Below, piece after piece: positions 16,288-23,780 of a stretch of DNA of 32,000 bases. This DNA comes from Thermofilum pendens Hrk 5 (GTDB taxonomy: Archaea > Thermoproteota > Thermoprotei > Thermofilales > Thermofilaceae). The first letter of the stretch is position 1. Each line of letters opens with the position of its first letter. The notes beneath the pieces are model-generated. The model saw only the letters and a list, made by a program, of their open reading frames with translations, ran no database searches and was not told where the DNA came from. The stretch covers positions 150,001 through 182,000 of the forward strand of contig NC_008698.1 of assembly GCF_000015225.1 (NCBI RefSeq). The letters are read 5' to 3'. Made by a program: the position numbers and the translations under genes.

Positions 16288-18345
16288 TCACCTCTCCTCC
16301 ACAGGTACAACTTTACAGGCACAAACTTTCGTCTCCGGGATTTTAGCCACGGGATCCAAGGCGTCGTTCGTGAGTACGTTTGCCCCGAAGTGCCACGGCA
16401 CAGCTACTACATCCTTCGCTATTAGGTTCGTGACTTTAACTCTGCACGTGTACTCGCCGCGCCGCGTGATTATCTTTATAAGTCCCCCGTCCCTCACGCC
16501 GTACTTCCTGGCGGTCTCCGGGTGGATCTCCGCCACGGGCTCTGGCCACCTTTTCCTTAAGTGCACGCTCCTGTGGGTCATCGTCGCCGTGTGGTACTGC
16601 CCGACGTACCTGAACGTTGTGAGAATGAGCGGGTACTGCTCGTCGGGCTTCTCTGCCGGGTCAGTGTACTCGGGTGTCTGCGTATTGAACTTGCCGCTTG
16701 GCGTGGCGAACTTCTCGACGTGTAGCCTCGCAGTGCCCGGGTGGTCGGGCGAGGGGCACGGCCAGAGAATGCCGCCGATACTGTTCTTCAGCCTCTCGGC
16801 CGTTATCCCGGCGTACTGAGGGACAACCTTGTTTATCTCGGCCGTGATGTCCTCCACGCGCGTATACGGGAAGAAACGCTCCAGCCCTAGGGCCTTAGCA
16901 ATCTCGGTGATTATAACCCAGTCCGGCTTAGCTTCGCCTGGAGGCTCTACGGCCTTAAAGCTCCACTGAACCCTTCTCTCGGTGTTCGTGAAGGAGCCTT
17001 CCTTCTCGGCCCAGCACGCCGACGGCAACACGATGTCGGCCAGTTGTGCCGTCTCCGTGAGGAAGATGTCCTGGACTACCAGGAAGTCTAAGTGCTCTAA
17101 GGCCTTCCTAACGTGGTTCGCGTTGGCGTCGCTGATCAGGGGGTTCTCCCCCATTATGTACATAGCCTTTAGCTTTCCTTGCTCCGCTGCATACGACATC
17201 TCGATCACCGTGTAGCCAGGCTCAGCTGGGAGATCGTCCAGCCCCCACGCCGACGCGACCTTCTTTCTTTTCTCCGCATCAATGACCCTAGCATAGCCTG
17301 GTAGAAAGACGGGAAGAGCGCCCATGTCGCAGGCTCCCTGTACGTTGTTCTGACCCCTAACCGGGGCGACCGCGCAGCCCTCCTTGCCGTAGTACCCGCA
17401 GATCGCGGCAAGAGTGGCTAGTCCTATGACATTGTTAGTACCTTTAGTGTGCTGCGTGATACCCATGCACCAGCATATCGACGCCTTACCCGCCTTGGCG
17501 AATTCCCTGGCAACCTGCCTTATGAGGTGCGCCGGAGCCCCGCTCACGGACTCGGCGTACTCCGGCGTGTACTTCGAGACGAAGCGCGCGAGATCGTCGA
17601 ATCTCTCAACCCTTTCCTTCACGAACTTCTCGTCATAGAGCTTTTCCTGTATGATCACGTTTATCATGGCGTAGATAACCGCCAGGTCCGTGCCGGGCTT
17701 GATAGGTATGAAGTAGTCTGCGTGCCAGGCTGTCCGGGTGCAACGGGTATCCACGACCGCTATTTTCGCTCCCTTCTCCTTCGCCTTCAGTATGTACTGA
17801 CCCATGAGTATGGGGTGCGTCTCGGCGGGGTTGTAGCCCCAGATCAGGATGAAGTTAGAGGCTGCTATGTCCTCGAAGGGCGCAGTCATCGCGCCAGCCC
17901 CTACAGTGGCCGAGAGGCCTGCAAGCGAGGGGGCATGACACAGTCTCGCGCAGTGGTCGATGTTGTTCGTTCCGAATACCCTTGCCAGCTTCTGCATCGC
18001 GTAGTTCTCTTCATTGAAGACCCTAGCCGAGGCGAGGAAACCCACCGCTTGGGGACCGTACTCCTTTCTCACGTTGTTAAGGTTCTCTGCAACCTCCCTT
18101 ATGGCGTCGCTCCAGGAGATTTCCTTGAACTCTCCGCTCTCAGTCCGCTTGAGGGGCTTCGTTAAGCGGTCGGGTGCGCGTAGGACGTCGAGCGCAGACC
18201 GCCCCTTGGGGCATAGCTTCCCCCTGTTGACCGGGTGTTCGGGCATATGCTCTATGCCTACGGGGTTGCCATAGTCATCTACGGAGATGTAGAAGCCGCA
18301 TCCAACCCCGCAGTAAGGGCATATTACTTTGACCTTTCGGCCCAT
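16288..18345 (-). CDS. fdhF: Formate dehydrogenase catalytic subunit (FdhH-like bis-MGD enzyme), Cys type
   Basis: The N-terminal segment CPYCGVGCG is a [4Fe-4S] motif. GTNNIDHCARLCHAPS aligns with E. coli FdhH GTNNVDCCARVUHGPS, with a TGT Cys codon at 17938-17940 in place of Sec. The protein is 685 aa. Confidence 0.93.
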   Translation of the reverse strand: MGRKVKVICPYCGVGCGFYISVDDYGNPVGIEHMPEHPVNRGKLCPKGRSALDVLRAPDRLTKPLKRTESGEFKEISWSDAIREVAENLNNVRKEYGPQAVGFLASARVFNEENYAMQKLARVFGTNNIDHCARLCHAPSLAGLSATVGAGAMTAPFEDIAASNFILIWGYNPAETHPILMGQYILKAKEKGAKIAVVDTRCTRTAWHADYFIPIKPGTDLAVIYAMINVIIQEKLYDEKFVKERVERFDDLARFVSKYTPEYAESVSGAPAHLIRQVAREFAKAGKASICWCMGITQHTKGTNNVIGLATLAAICGYYGKEGCAVAPVRGQNNVQGACDMGALPVFLPGYARVIDAEKRKKVASAWGLDDLPAEPGYTVIEMSYAAEQGKLKAMYIMGENPLISDANANHVRKALEHLDFLVVQDIFLTETAQLADIVLPSACWAEKEGSFTNTERRVQWSFKAVEPPGEAKPDWVIITEIAKALGLERFFPYTRVEDITAEINKVVPQYAGITAERLKNSIGGILWPCPSPDHPGTARLHVEKFATPSGKFNTQTPEYTDPAEKPDEQYPLILTTFRYVGQYHTATMTHRSVHLRKRWPEPVAEIHPETARKYGVRDGGLIKIITRRGEYTCRVKVTNLIAKDVVAVPWHFGANVLTNDALDPVAKIPETKVCACKVVPVEER

Positions 18346-18512
18346 GTAACAACCCCTTTTACGGGTTTAATCGTTCAACGCCTGTCGAAATAAGCTTCGT
18401 TTCAACACGACGTTAAAACGGCGAGGGACACTGCTAAACCTCTTGCCACTTCCGTTTAAGCAAAGTAGGTAGTCGGAGGAAACTTTAGACATTAAATCCA
18501 GTAAATAGTGCT
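18346..18512. promoter_or_regulatory. Divergent fdh-hyf / focA control region containing a repeated CGTT(T)CAAC motif
   Basis: This is a 167-nt non-coding spacer. On the minus strand, ATTAAAC lies about 25 nt upstream of the fdh ATG. An imperfect inverted repeat sits at 18398-18420, and a third half-site at 18372-18379. Confidence 0.45.
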
Positions 18513-19661
18513 ATGGCAACCGAAGAGAAATTCACCCCATACGCTGGGGTTGACGAAACCGTTGACGCCGCGGCAAGCGCAGCGGTCGTAAAGGCCTTTC
18601 AGCCCCCGGGCCGCCTATTCCTGATGGGCATAATGGCGGGTATATTCATTGGGATAGGCTTCTGGCTGGCAGTCACTGTTTCCTCTGCGTTCTGGACAAC
18701 GAAGGTTACGGGCTTCGACGCCGCCACTCATAAGCTTGTCACTGAGCCTTTCAACGTAGCGTGGCCCCTCAACCCCTCAGCAATGATGAAGTTCCTGCTG
18801 GGCGCCGTGTTCCCTGTAGGCTTAATCGCTGTGTGCATCGGCGGGGCGGAGCTCTGGACCGGGTGCGCGAACGTAATACCGCTGGGCTACATGCAGAAGA
18901 AGCTCAAGCTGAAAGCGCTAATCTACAACTGGGTTACCGCGTACGGAGGCAACTGGGTGGGTAGCGTATTCCTAGCGTTCCTCGCCACTTACGGCTCGAC
19001 GCTACTCCTGGCCTCACCGTTCCGCGACGAACTGATCTCCGTAGTTTGGGCGAAAGTTAACCTCTCGCCCTGGGAGGCTTTCTGGCGCGGCGTGGGATGC
19101 AACTTCCTAGTAAACCTTGCGATATGGCTCTGGCTGAGGTCTAAAAAGGGAGATTTCATGGGACAAGCCTTCCTGATATGGTTCCCGATATTCACCTTCG
19201 TAACCATAGGCTTCGAGCACAGCATTGCCAACATGTTCCTAATACCTGCCGCTATATTCGCCTCCCCGCTCGCCCTCAAGCAGTACATAATAACATACTA
19301 TGACTTCTTCTTCAACAACCTACTCCCGGTGACTTACGGTAACCTTGTAGGAGGCTTTGTCTTCATAGCGCTGGTTTACTGGTACGTAGGAATGGTTAAG
19401 GGCAGTAAGTACGGCGAAGCTACGCCCACCGACGCGCTCAAGTACGCCGCCGAGATACTACTCTTGGCGGGCATCGTGCACCATGTACTCGAAGTCGCTG
19501 TCCCCGGAGCTATCGCCGTAGCCGTAGAGAAAGCTTTAGGGCTTAGTGCAGGCATAAACCTGACGAACGCGGGTATGGCTCTCATACCGGCAGTGATCAC
19601 AGGTATTTACTACGCTCTACTACCCTTTATAGTATACAAGGCTCTGAAGCCATTAAAGTAA
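18513..19661 (+). CDS. focA: Formate/nitrite transporter family channel (FocA-like) with a C-terminal extension
   Basis: The FNT signatures GGAELWTG and GFEHSIANMF are present. At 382 aa it exceeds the roughly 285 aa typical of FocA. It is divergent from the formate dehydrogenase gene. Confidence 0.9.
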   Translation: MATEEKFTPYAGVDETVDAAASAAVVKAFQPPGRLFLMGIMAGIFIGIGFWLAVTVSSAFWTTKVTGFDAATHKLVTEPFNVAWPLNPSAMMKFLLGAVFPVGLIAVCIGGAELWTGCANVIPLGYMQKKLKLKALIYNWVTAYGGNWVGSVFLAFLATYGSTLLLASPFRDELISVVWAKVNLSPWEAFWRGVGCNFLVNLAIWLWLRSKKGDFMGQAFLIWFPIFTFVTIGFEHSIANMFLIPAAIFASPLALKQYIITYYDFFFNNLLPVTYGNLVGGFVFIALVYWYVGMVKGSKYGEATPTDALKYAAEILLLAGIVHHVLEVAVPGAIAVAVEKALGLSAGINLTNAGMALIPAVITGIYYALLPFIVYKALKPLK

Positions 19662-19670
19662 AACTCTACT

Positions 19671-19687
19671 CTTTTTTTTATTCTTTA
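19671..19687 (+). terminator. Oligo-T terminator after focA
   Basis: CTTTTTTTTATTCTTT begins 10 nt after the focA TAA. Confidence 0.45.
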
Positions 19688-21271
19688 TGCTTTTGCGAGT
19701 AGTTGCGGTAAACCATCGGCTCTGAAGACTCCTTTTTCTGCAAGCTCCAGTACGCGCTTTACCAGGATCTGCCTGCCACCTGCTATTATAAAGTCCGAGG
19801 AATCTATATAGTAGCCCTTTACTCCGTTTACCGGGGTTTCTTCAAGAGAAGCAACGATTTCAGGAATAGGTAGCGGGTTTCTCAGAGGAGTTACGCATAG
19901 CTTTTCAGTGCTCGCGAAGAGGGCTCCAGTTAGAACCTGCGTTAGAACCCCTTTTCCAAAATGATCTTTTAGCACTATGAAACCCTCCGGGAAGGAGCAT
20001 AGCGCCGCATCCGTAACCATGACGTCTGAGTCTTTGCTGAGCACTAGTATTACCTCAAGCGGTTTAAACGATGCCTCTTCAAGCGCTACGCGAACATTAA
20101 CATGTGTGTCACTAGAGGAGCCCTGAGCTAGAAGTATTACAGTTCCTTTCTTGGAATGTTCGCAGACACTGTTTGAAAGCCTGCGCTTTATATCTATGTA
20201 TCTTCTCGCGAGAGCTTTTCCAAAGTTGTTTACGCTGGTTTTGCCGTGTTCCGCTCCGCCGCGCCTACACTCCACAAGCCTTACTCCTATCATTGATTCT
20301 TTCCTTGTAAGCTTTGCGTAGATGTTCTGTGGGCGTGCTCCTAGGAGCCTCGAAACCGCACTGAGGGACTTTGTATAGCAAAGCAAGGCCAGAGCCAGCA
20401 ACTCCTCCTCGCCTAAGGGTACACCGTTTACACTTAGCACTATGCGCGGCTCCACGGTTACTCCCAGCTCCCGGAGGCTGTAAGCCTCCGCATAGTCGCC
20501 CTTCAGCAGGGTTCTAAGCACTAAGAAAAATTTCTCGCTACTTTCTACTGCCTCACGGAGGTTAAAGCCCTCCCCGCTGAGCGAGGAAGATAGAATATTC
20601 CCTGGCCTCACGACCAGCGTTGAGAAGGGCTCCGGGGATAAGGACGCAACTCTAACGATATAGCCGTTATAGTTGTAGCCCTTCACGAGAAGCACGCCCT
20701 CTCGGAGCGAAAATACAGCCTTACCCAGATCCACAGGGCAAGAACTGGTGTCAGAGCCCTCTTCGCATGGCAGAAGGACATAGAAAGGTATTCCTAGCCG
20801 GTACGCTTTATCAACCATGTACAAGGAGTTCTTCAAACATTCTTCGTCATCGCATACGGTACCGAGTAAAACATTAAAGCCCAGGGAAAGCGCCTCTATT
20901 ATCTTACCTTCAACTTCCTGGAAGCGTGCCGGGTGATCCACAAGGCAAAGTATCTCTATTTTCTCCAGCCCATTCTCGAAGGCTAGCTTTGTAAACTTTC
21001 CCAGGGAATTCCAGGGAACAAACACCCTGAGTTTTTTTCCGAAGCTATTAAACAGAGCCTTTAAAAGCTCGATACCCCAGCCCTTCTCAGTTACGTCGGG
21101 GCATAGCACTACAGCGCTTTCTACCTCGACACCCGTTTCTCTGAGCATAGCCAGAAATGCCCTTATAACCTCTAGGCTTAGCTCACTGCTATCCCACCGG
21201 GCCCACATGCAGTTAGAGCATTTACCGCGACAAGATCCTGGCAAGAGTACCGCTAGAGCTGTAACCTTCAT
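19685..21271 (-). CDS. Multidomain putative regulator: N-terminal CX3CX2C Fe-S/radical-SAM-like module, central ModE-type winged HTH, uncharacterised C-terminal alpha/beta domain
   Basis: CRGKCSNC occupies aa 14-21 (nt 21209-21232). Residues about 276-365 (SLSAVSRLLGARPQNIYAKLTRKESMIGVRLVECRRGGAEHGKTSVNNFGKALARRY) are, from memory, collinear with the N-terminal DNA-binding domain of E. coli ModE. The C-terminal 150 aa begins TVILLAQGSSSD. Confidence 0.6.
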   Translation of the reverse strand: MKVTALAVLLPGSCRGKCSNCMWARWDSSELSLEVIRAFLAMLRETGVEVESAVVLCPDVTEKGWGIELLKALFNSFGKKLRVFVPWNSLGKFTKLAFENGLEKIEILCLVDHPARFQEVEGKIIEALSLGFNVLLGTVCDDEECLKNSLYMVDKAYRLGIPFYVLLPCEEGSDTSSCPVDLGKAVFSLREGVLLVKGYNYNGYIVRVASLSPEPFSTLVVRPGNILSSSLSGEGFNLREAVESSEKFFLVLRTLLKGDYAEAYSLRELGVTVEPRIVLSVNGVPLGEEELLALALLCYTKSLSAVSRLLGARPQNIYAKLTRKESMIGVRLVECRRGGAEHGKTSVNNFGKALARRYIDIKRRLSNSVCEHSKKGTVILLAQGSSSDTHVNVRVALEEASFKPLEVILVLSKDSDVMVTDAALCSFPEGFIVLKDHFGKGVLTQVLTGALFASTEKLCVTPLRNPLPIPEIVASLEETPVNGVKGYYIDSSDFIIAGGRQILVKRVLELAEKGVFRADGLPQLLAKA

Positions 21272-21432
21272 GGTCTCTACACACCGCTACACTTGAATGC
21301 AAACCTCCAACTACCTGTCTTATCAAGTAAATATAAAAATTTCGATACATATTTTTTAGACAAAACAATGTCAGTATTTCACATGCGAAATTAATTTAAC
21401 AGCAGCTACACATAACGAGATTTAGGGTTACC

Positions 21433-21858
21433 ATGGAGAGACGGGTGGCTAGGTGGTCCCAGCTTTTCATTACAGTGCTGGAGCTCGCTATCGCGATCAT
21501 ACTCGGCGTTGCCGTTCTCTTATCGCTGTACAAGCTCGCCTCTGAGGCGGTGAAAATAGCGGTCACGGCGACGTTCGACAGACAACACTTTGTGACCTTC
21601 CTCGACGAGTCCCTCTTAATGATTGTCTCGATAGACCTTATGCGGACGCTTGTAGGCGGTATAGTGGAGAAGAGGATATCGGTTATAATTGTACTCGAGG
21701 CGGCGCTGATATTCATAGTCAGGGAGATTATCACCATGGAGTTGAAGGCTGTCAGCGAGACGAGGCTCCTACTCTACGTCGTGGTCTTCGCTGCGCTCTT
21801 TATCTCGTGGATTTTCGCCGGCAGGCAGGCGAAGGTTTACGGGCAGGACGAGATATAG
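21433..21858 (+). CDS. Small 4-TM membrane protein, PsiE (phosphate-starvation-inducible E)-like
   Basis: The 141-aa size, helix pattern and a central charged segment resemble PsiE-family proteins. This is a weak, memory-based assignment. AAATTAATTTAAC lies 35-45 nt upstream of the start. Confidence 0.45.
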   Translation: MERRVARWSQLFITVLELAIAIILGVAVLLSLYKLASEAVKIAVTATFDRQHFVTFLDESLLMIVSIDLMRTLVGGIVEKRISVIIVLEAALIFIVREIITMELKAVSETRLLLYVVVFAALFISWIFAGRQAKVYGQDEI

Positions 21859-22406
21859 TCTCGTAGTTTTTCGAGGAATACGCTGCGGAAAGCCTCGTAC
21901 GCCTCGGACCCCCAGAGACAGACTAGAACTGTTCTCAGGCTTTTCAGCTTACCCGCAGTTGCCAGGAATACGTCGGCCATTATCTCTGCGCATCTGCGGT
22001 ACGGGTACCCGAAGACGCCGGTCGAGATTGCAGGCAAGGCTATGCTCTTCAGGCCCAGCTCCTCTGCTTTAAGCAACGAGTTGGAGATCGCTCTTGCTAG
22101 CTTCTCGTCTCCTAGGGGGTCGCCGTACTTCGGTCCCACTGCGTGGATCACGTACTTCGCTTTAAGCTTCCCGGCACCCGTAACCGCGACTTCCCCTTCG
22201 GGGACCGGGCCGTACCTTTTAACCCATTCATCGCTTTCACGCTGAATAACGTCGCCCCCTTTCCTCACTATAGCCAGAGCGACGCCGCCTCCGTGCTTAA
22301 GGTAGCTGTTTGCGGCGTTCACTATTGCCTCAGTGTCTGCCTCCGTAATGTCGCACTGCGCCAACCGTATGCTCAGCCCGCGAACCTCGAAGCAGGTTGC
22401 CTGCAT
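21837..22406 (-). CDS. Macro domain protein (ADP-ribose / O-acetyl-ADP-ribose binding or hydrolysing)
   Basis: The motifs [37 protein letters not shown] and [13 protein letters not shown] match AF1521/YmdB-like macro domains. Confidence 0.9.
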   Translation of the reverse strand: MQATCFEVRGLSIRLAQCDITEADTEAIVNAANSYLKHGGGVALAIVRKGGDVIQRESDEWVKRYGPVPEGEVAVTGAGKLKAKYVIHAVGPKYGDPLGDEKLARAISNSLLKAEELGLKSIALPAISTGVFGYPYRRCAEIMADVFLATAGKLKSLRTVLVCLWGSEAYEAFRSVFLEKLRDYISSCP

Positions 22407-22455
22407 AGCTATGAGAGAACCCCGGCGCGATGCTTAAGAGCTTAACGCTACATTC

Positions 22456-23751
22456 TTGTCTAAGCGAGACGGACCGGTGGTGAGTATGCCCAGGGTTTCC
22501 ATCCCTGCCGACTACACGCTGATTGTAGAGGGGGACGCCGCCTTCAGGGTTCTCAACGGAGAAGTGGTCACTTTCGGCGCAACGCTAGAAAGCGGTAAGG
22601 AGTACAAGGTCGACCCTTTCCGAGCGATCCCTCTCTACGCGCTTAGAGACTCGGAGGTAGAAGTAGAGAGTGGAAAGTTCTCGTACGTAAAGGGTAACAC
22701 TGTACCCCAGAGCTGGGAGGCCGCCGCGGAGAGAATAGGGAGCCTGGGAGCTAGGAGAGTGATGGTGGTAGGCGGAGTCGACTCCGGAAAAACGTCTTTC
22801 GTAACGTTCTTGGCGAATAGGCTAAGCCAAGCTGGAGAGAGGGTTGGCATCGTCGACGCGGATCTGGGGCAGAAGAGCATAGGTCCTCCCGCGACTATAG
22901 GCTTGGGGGTCGTGGCGTCCCCGCTGGTATCCCTCGGAGAAGCAGAATTCGTGGACGGCTTCTTCGTTGGGAGCGTTACGCCGTCCGGGCTTCTGCACAG
23001 GCACGTCGTGGGAGTACGGCTGATGGTAGAGGTTGCCGAGACCAGGATGGGTGTCCGCAGGGTTGTCGTAGATACGACTGGATGGGTCAGCGAGCAAGGC
23101 GGCAGGGAGCTAAAGCTCTTCAAAGCGATGGCGCTGGAGCCCGACGTCGTGGTTGTAGTGTCGAGGGGGGACGAGTGCTTGCACATAGTTAACACACTTG
23201 GAAGGCTTTTCGAGGTAGTCCAGGTGGAGGCGCCCAAAGCCGTCAGGCTTAGAGGGAGGATCGACAGGCGTGAGTACAGGAAAGTGATGTACAGGAAGTT
23301 CTTCGAGGGCGCAAAGGAGTACGAGTACGACTTCTCAAAGGGAGTACTCTACTCCACGGTTTTCACGGGAAGCGAGCTCCCGGAGGATGAGCGCAGACGC
23401 GTTGAGGAGTTGCTCGGTGTGAGAGTTGTGTACGCGGAGAAGTCCGGCGACCACGTAGCATTCTTCACCGAGAGGAGCGTAGACGAGCAAGCCGCATCCC
23501 TCCTCAAGGCTATCTACGGCTCACGCCAGGTGAAGCTACTGACTGGCTTCGAATTTCTACACACACTCGTGGGTATCAGGAACAGGGAAAAGTACCTTAA
23601 AGGGGTTGGGATAGTGACCGGGGTGTACCCCCAGAGGAAAGCCCTAAGAGTGTTGAGCACTGCGGCTCCGAGTGGCGACGAGACCTTGATGCTAGGGCTC
23701 GTAAAGGTCAACCCGGTGAGCTTCGAAGAAGAAGCTATCCTCGAAGGCTAG
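22456..23751 (+). CDS. Clp1/Grc3-family polynucleotide 5'-hydroxyl kinase-like P-loop protein
   Basis: The Walker A segment GGVDSGKTS is followed by IVDADLGQKSIGPPATIG, typical of the Clp1 P-loop domain. The start is uncertain: TTG at 22456 or ATG at 22486. Confidence 0.8.
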   Translation: MSKRDGPVVSMPRVSIPADYTLIVEGDAAFRVLNGEVVTFGATLESGKEYKVDPFRAIPLYALRDSEVEVESGKFSYVKGNTVPQSWEAAAERIGSLGARRVMVVGGVDSGKTSFVTFLANRLSQAGERVGIVDADLGQKSIGPPATIGLGVVASPLVSLGEAEFVDGFFVGSVTPSGLLHRHVVGVRLMVEVAETRMGVRRVVVDTTGWVSEQGGRELKLFKAMALEPDVVVVVSRGDECLHIVNTLGRLFEVVQVEAPKAVRLRGRIDRREYRKVMYRKFFEGAKEYEYDFSKGVLYSTVFTGSELPEDERRRVEELLGVRVVYAEKSGDHVAFFTERSVDEQAASLLKAIYGSRQVKLLTGFEFLHTLVGIRNREKYLKGVGIVTGVYPQRKALRVLSTAAPSGDETLMLGLVKVNPVSFEEEAILEG

Positions 23752-23780
23752 GGAAAAAAAGACAATTTTTAGGAGAGGAA

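Noticed and set aside
15668-16819. A 383-aa plus-strand ORF antisense to the FDH and HycB-like genes. Similar long antisense ORFs occur at 17449-18165, 11732-12358, 22635-23237, 25418-25945 and 30335-30877.
   Set aside because: Their sequences are Ser/Thr/Ala/Pro/Arg-rich and low in complexity, with no motifs. They fully overlap strongly supported genes on the other strand. Such shadow ORFs are typical of GC-rich coding DNA.
17938-17940. Possible selenocysteine (an in-frame TGA) at the active site of the formate dehydrogenase.
   Set aside because: The codon aligned with Sec140 of E. coli FdhH is TGT (Cys). The ORF is uninterrupted, so there is no need to invoke recoding or a SECIS element.
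19685-21271. An impression that the 528-aa gene is less GC-rich than the hydrogenase operon, which would hint at horizontal transfer.
   Set aside because: Hand counts of a few 60-nt lines gave 43-53% GC here against 47-62% in the operon. The ranges overlap and the sampling is too sparse to support a compositional claim without a proper sliding-window calculation.
21396-21737. A 113-aa minus-strand ORF antisense to the PsiE-like gene.
   Set aside because: It is Ser/Thr/Ile-rich and low in complexity, lies entirely inside the better-supported plus-strand membrane protein gene, and has no upstream promoter-like element.
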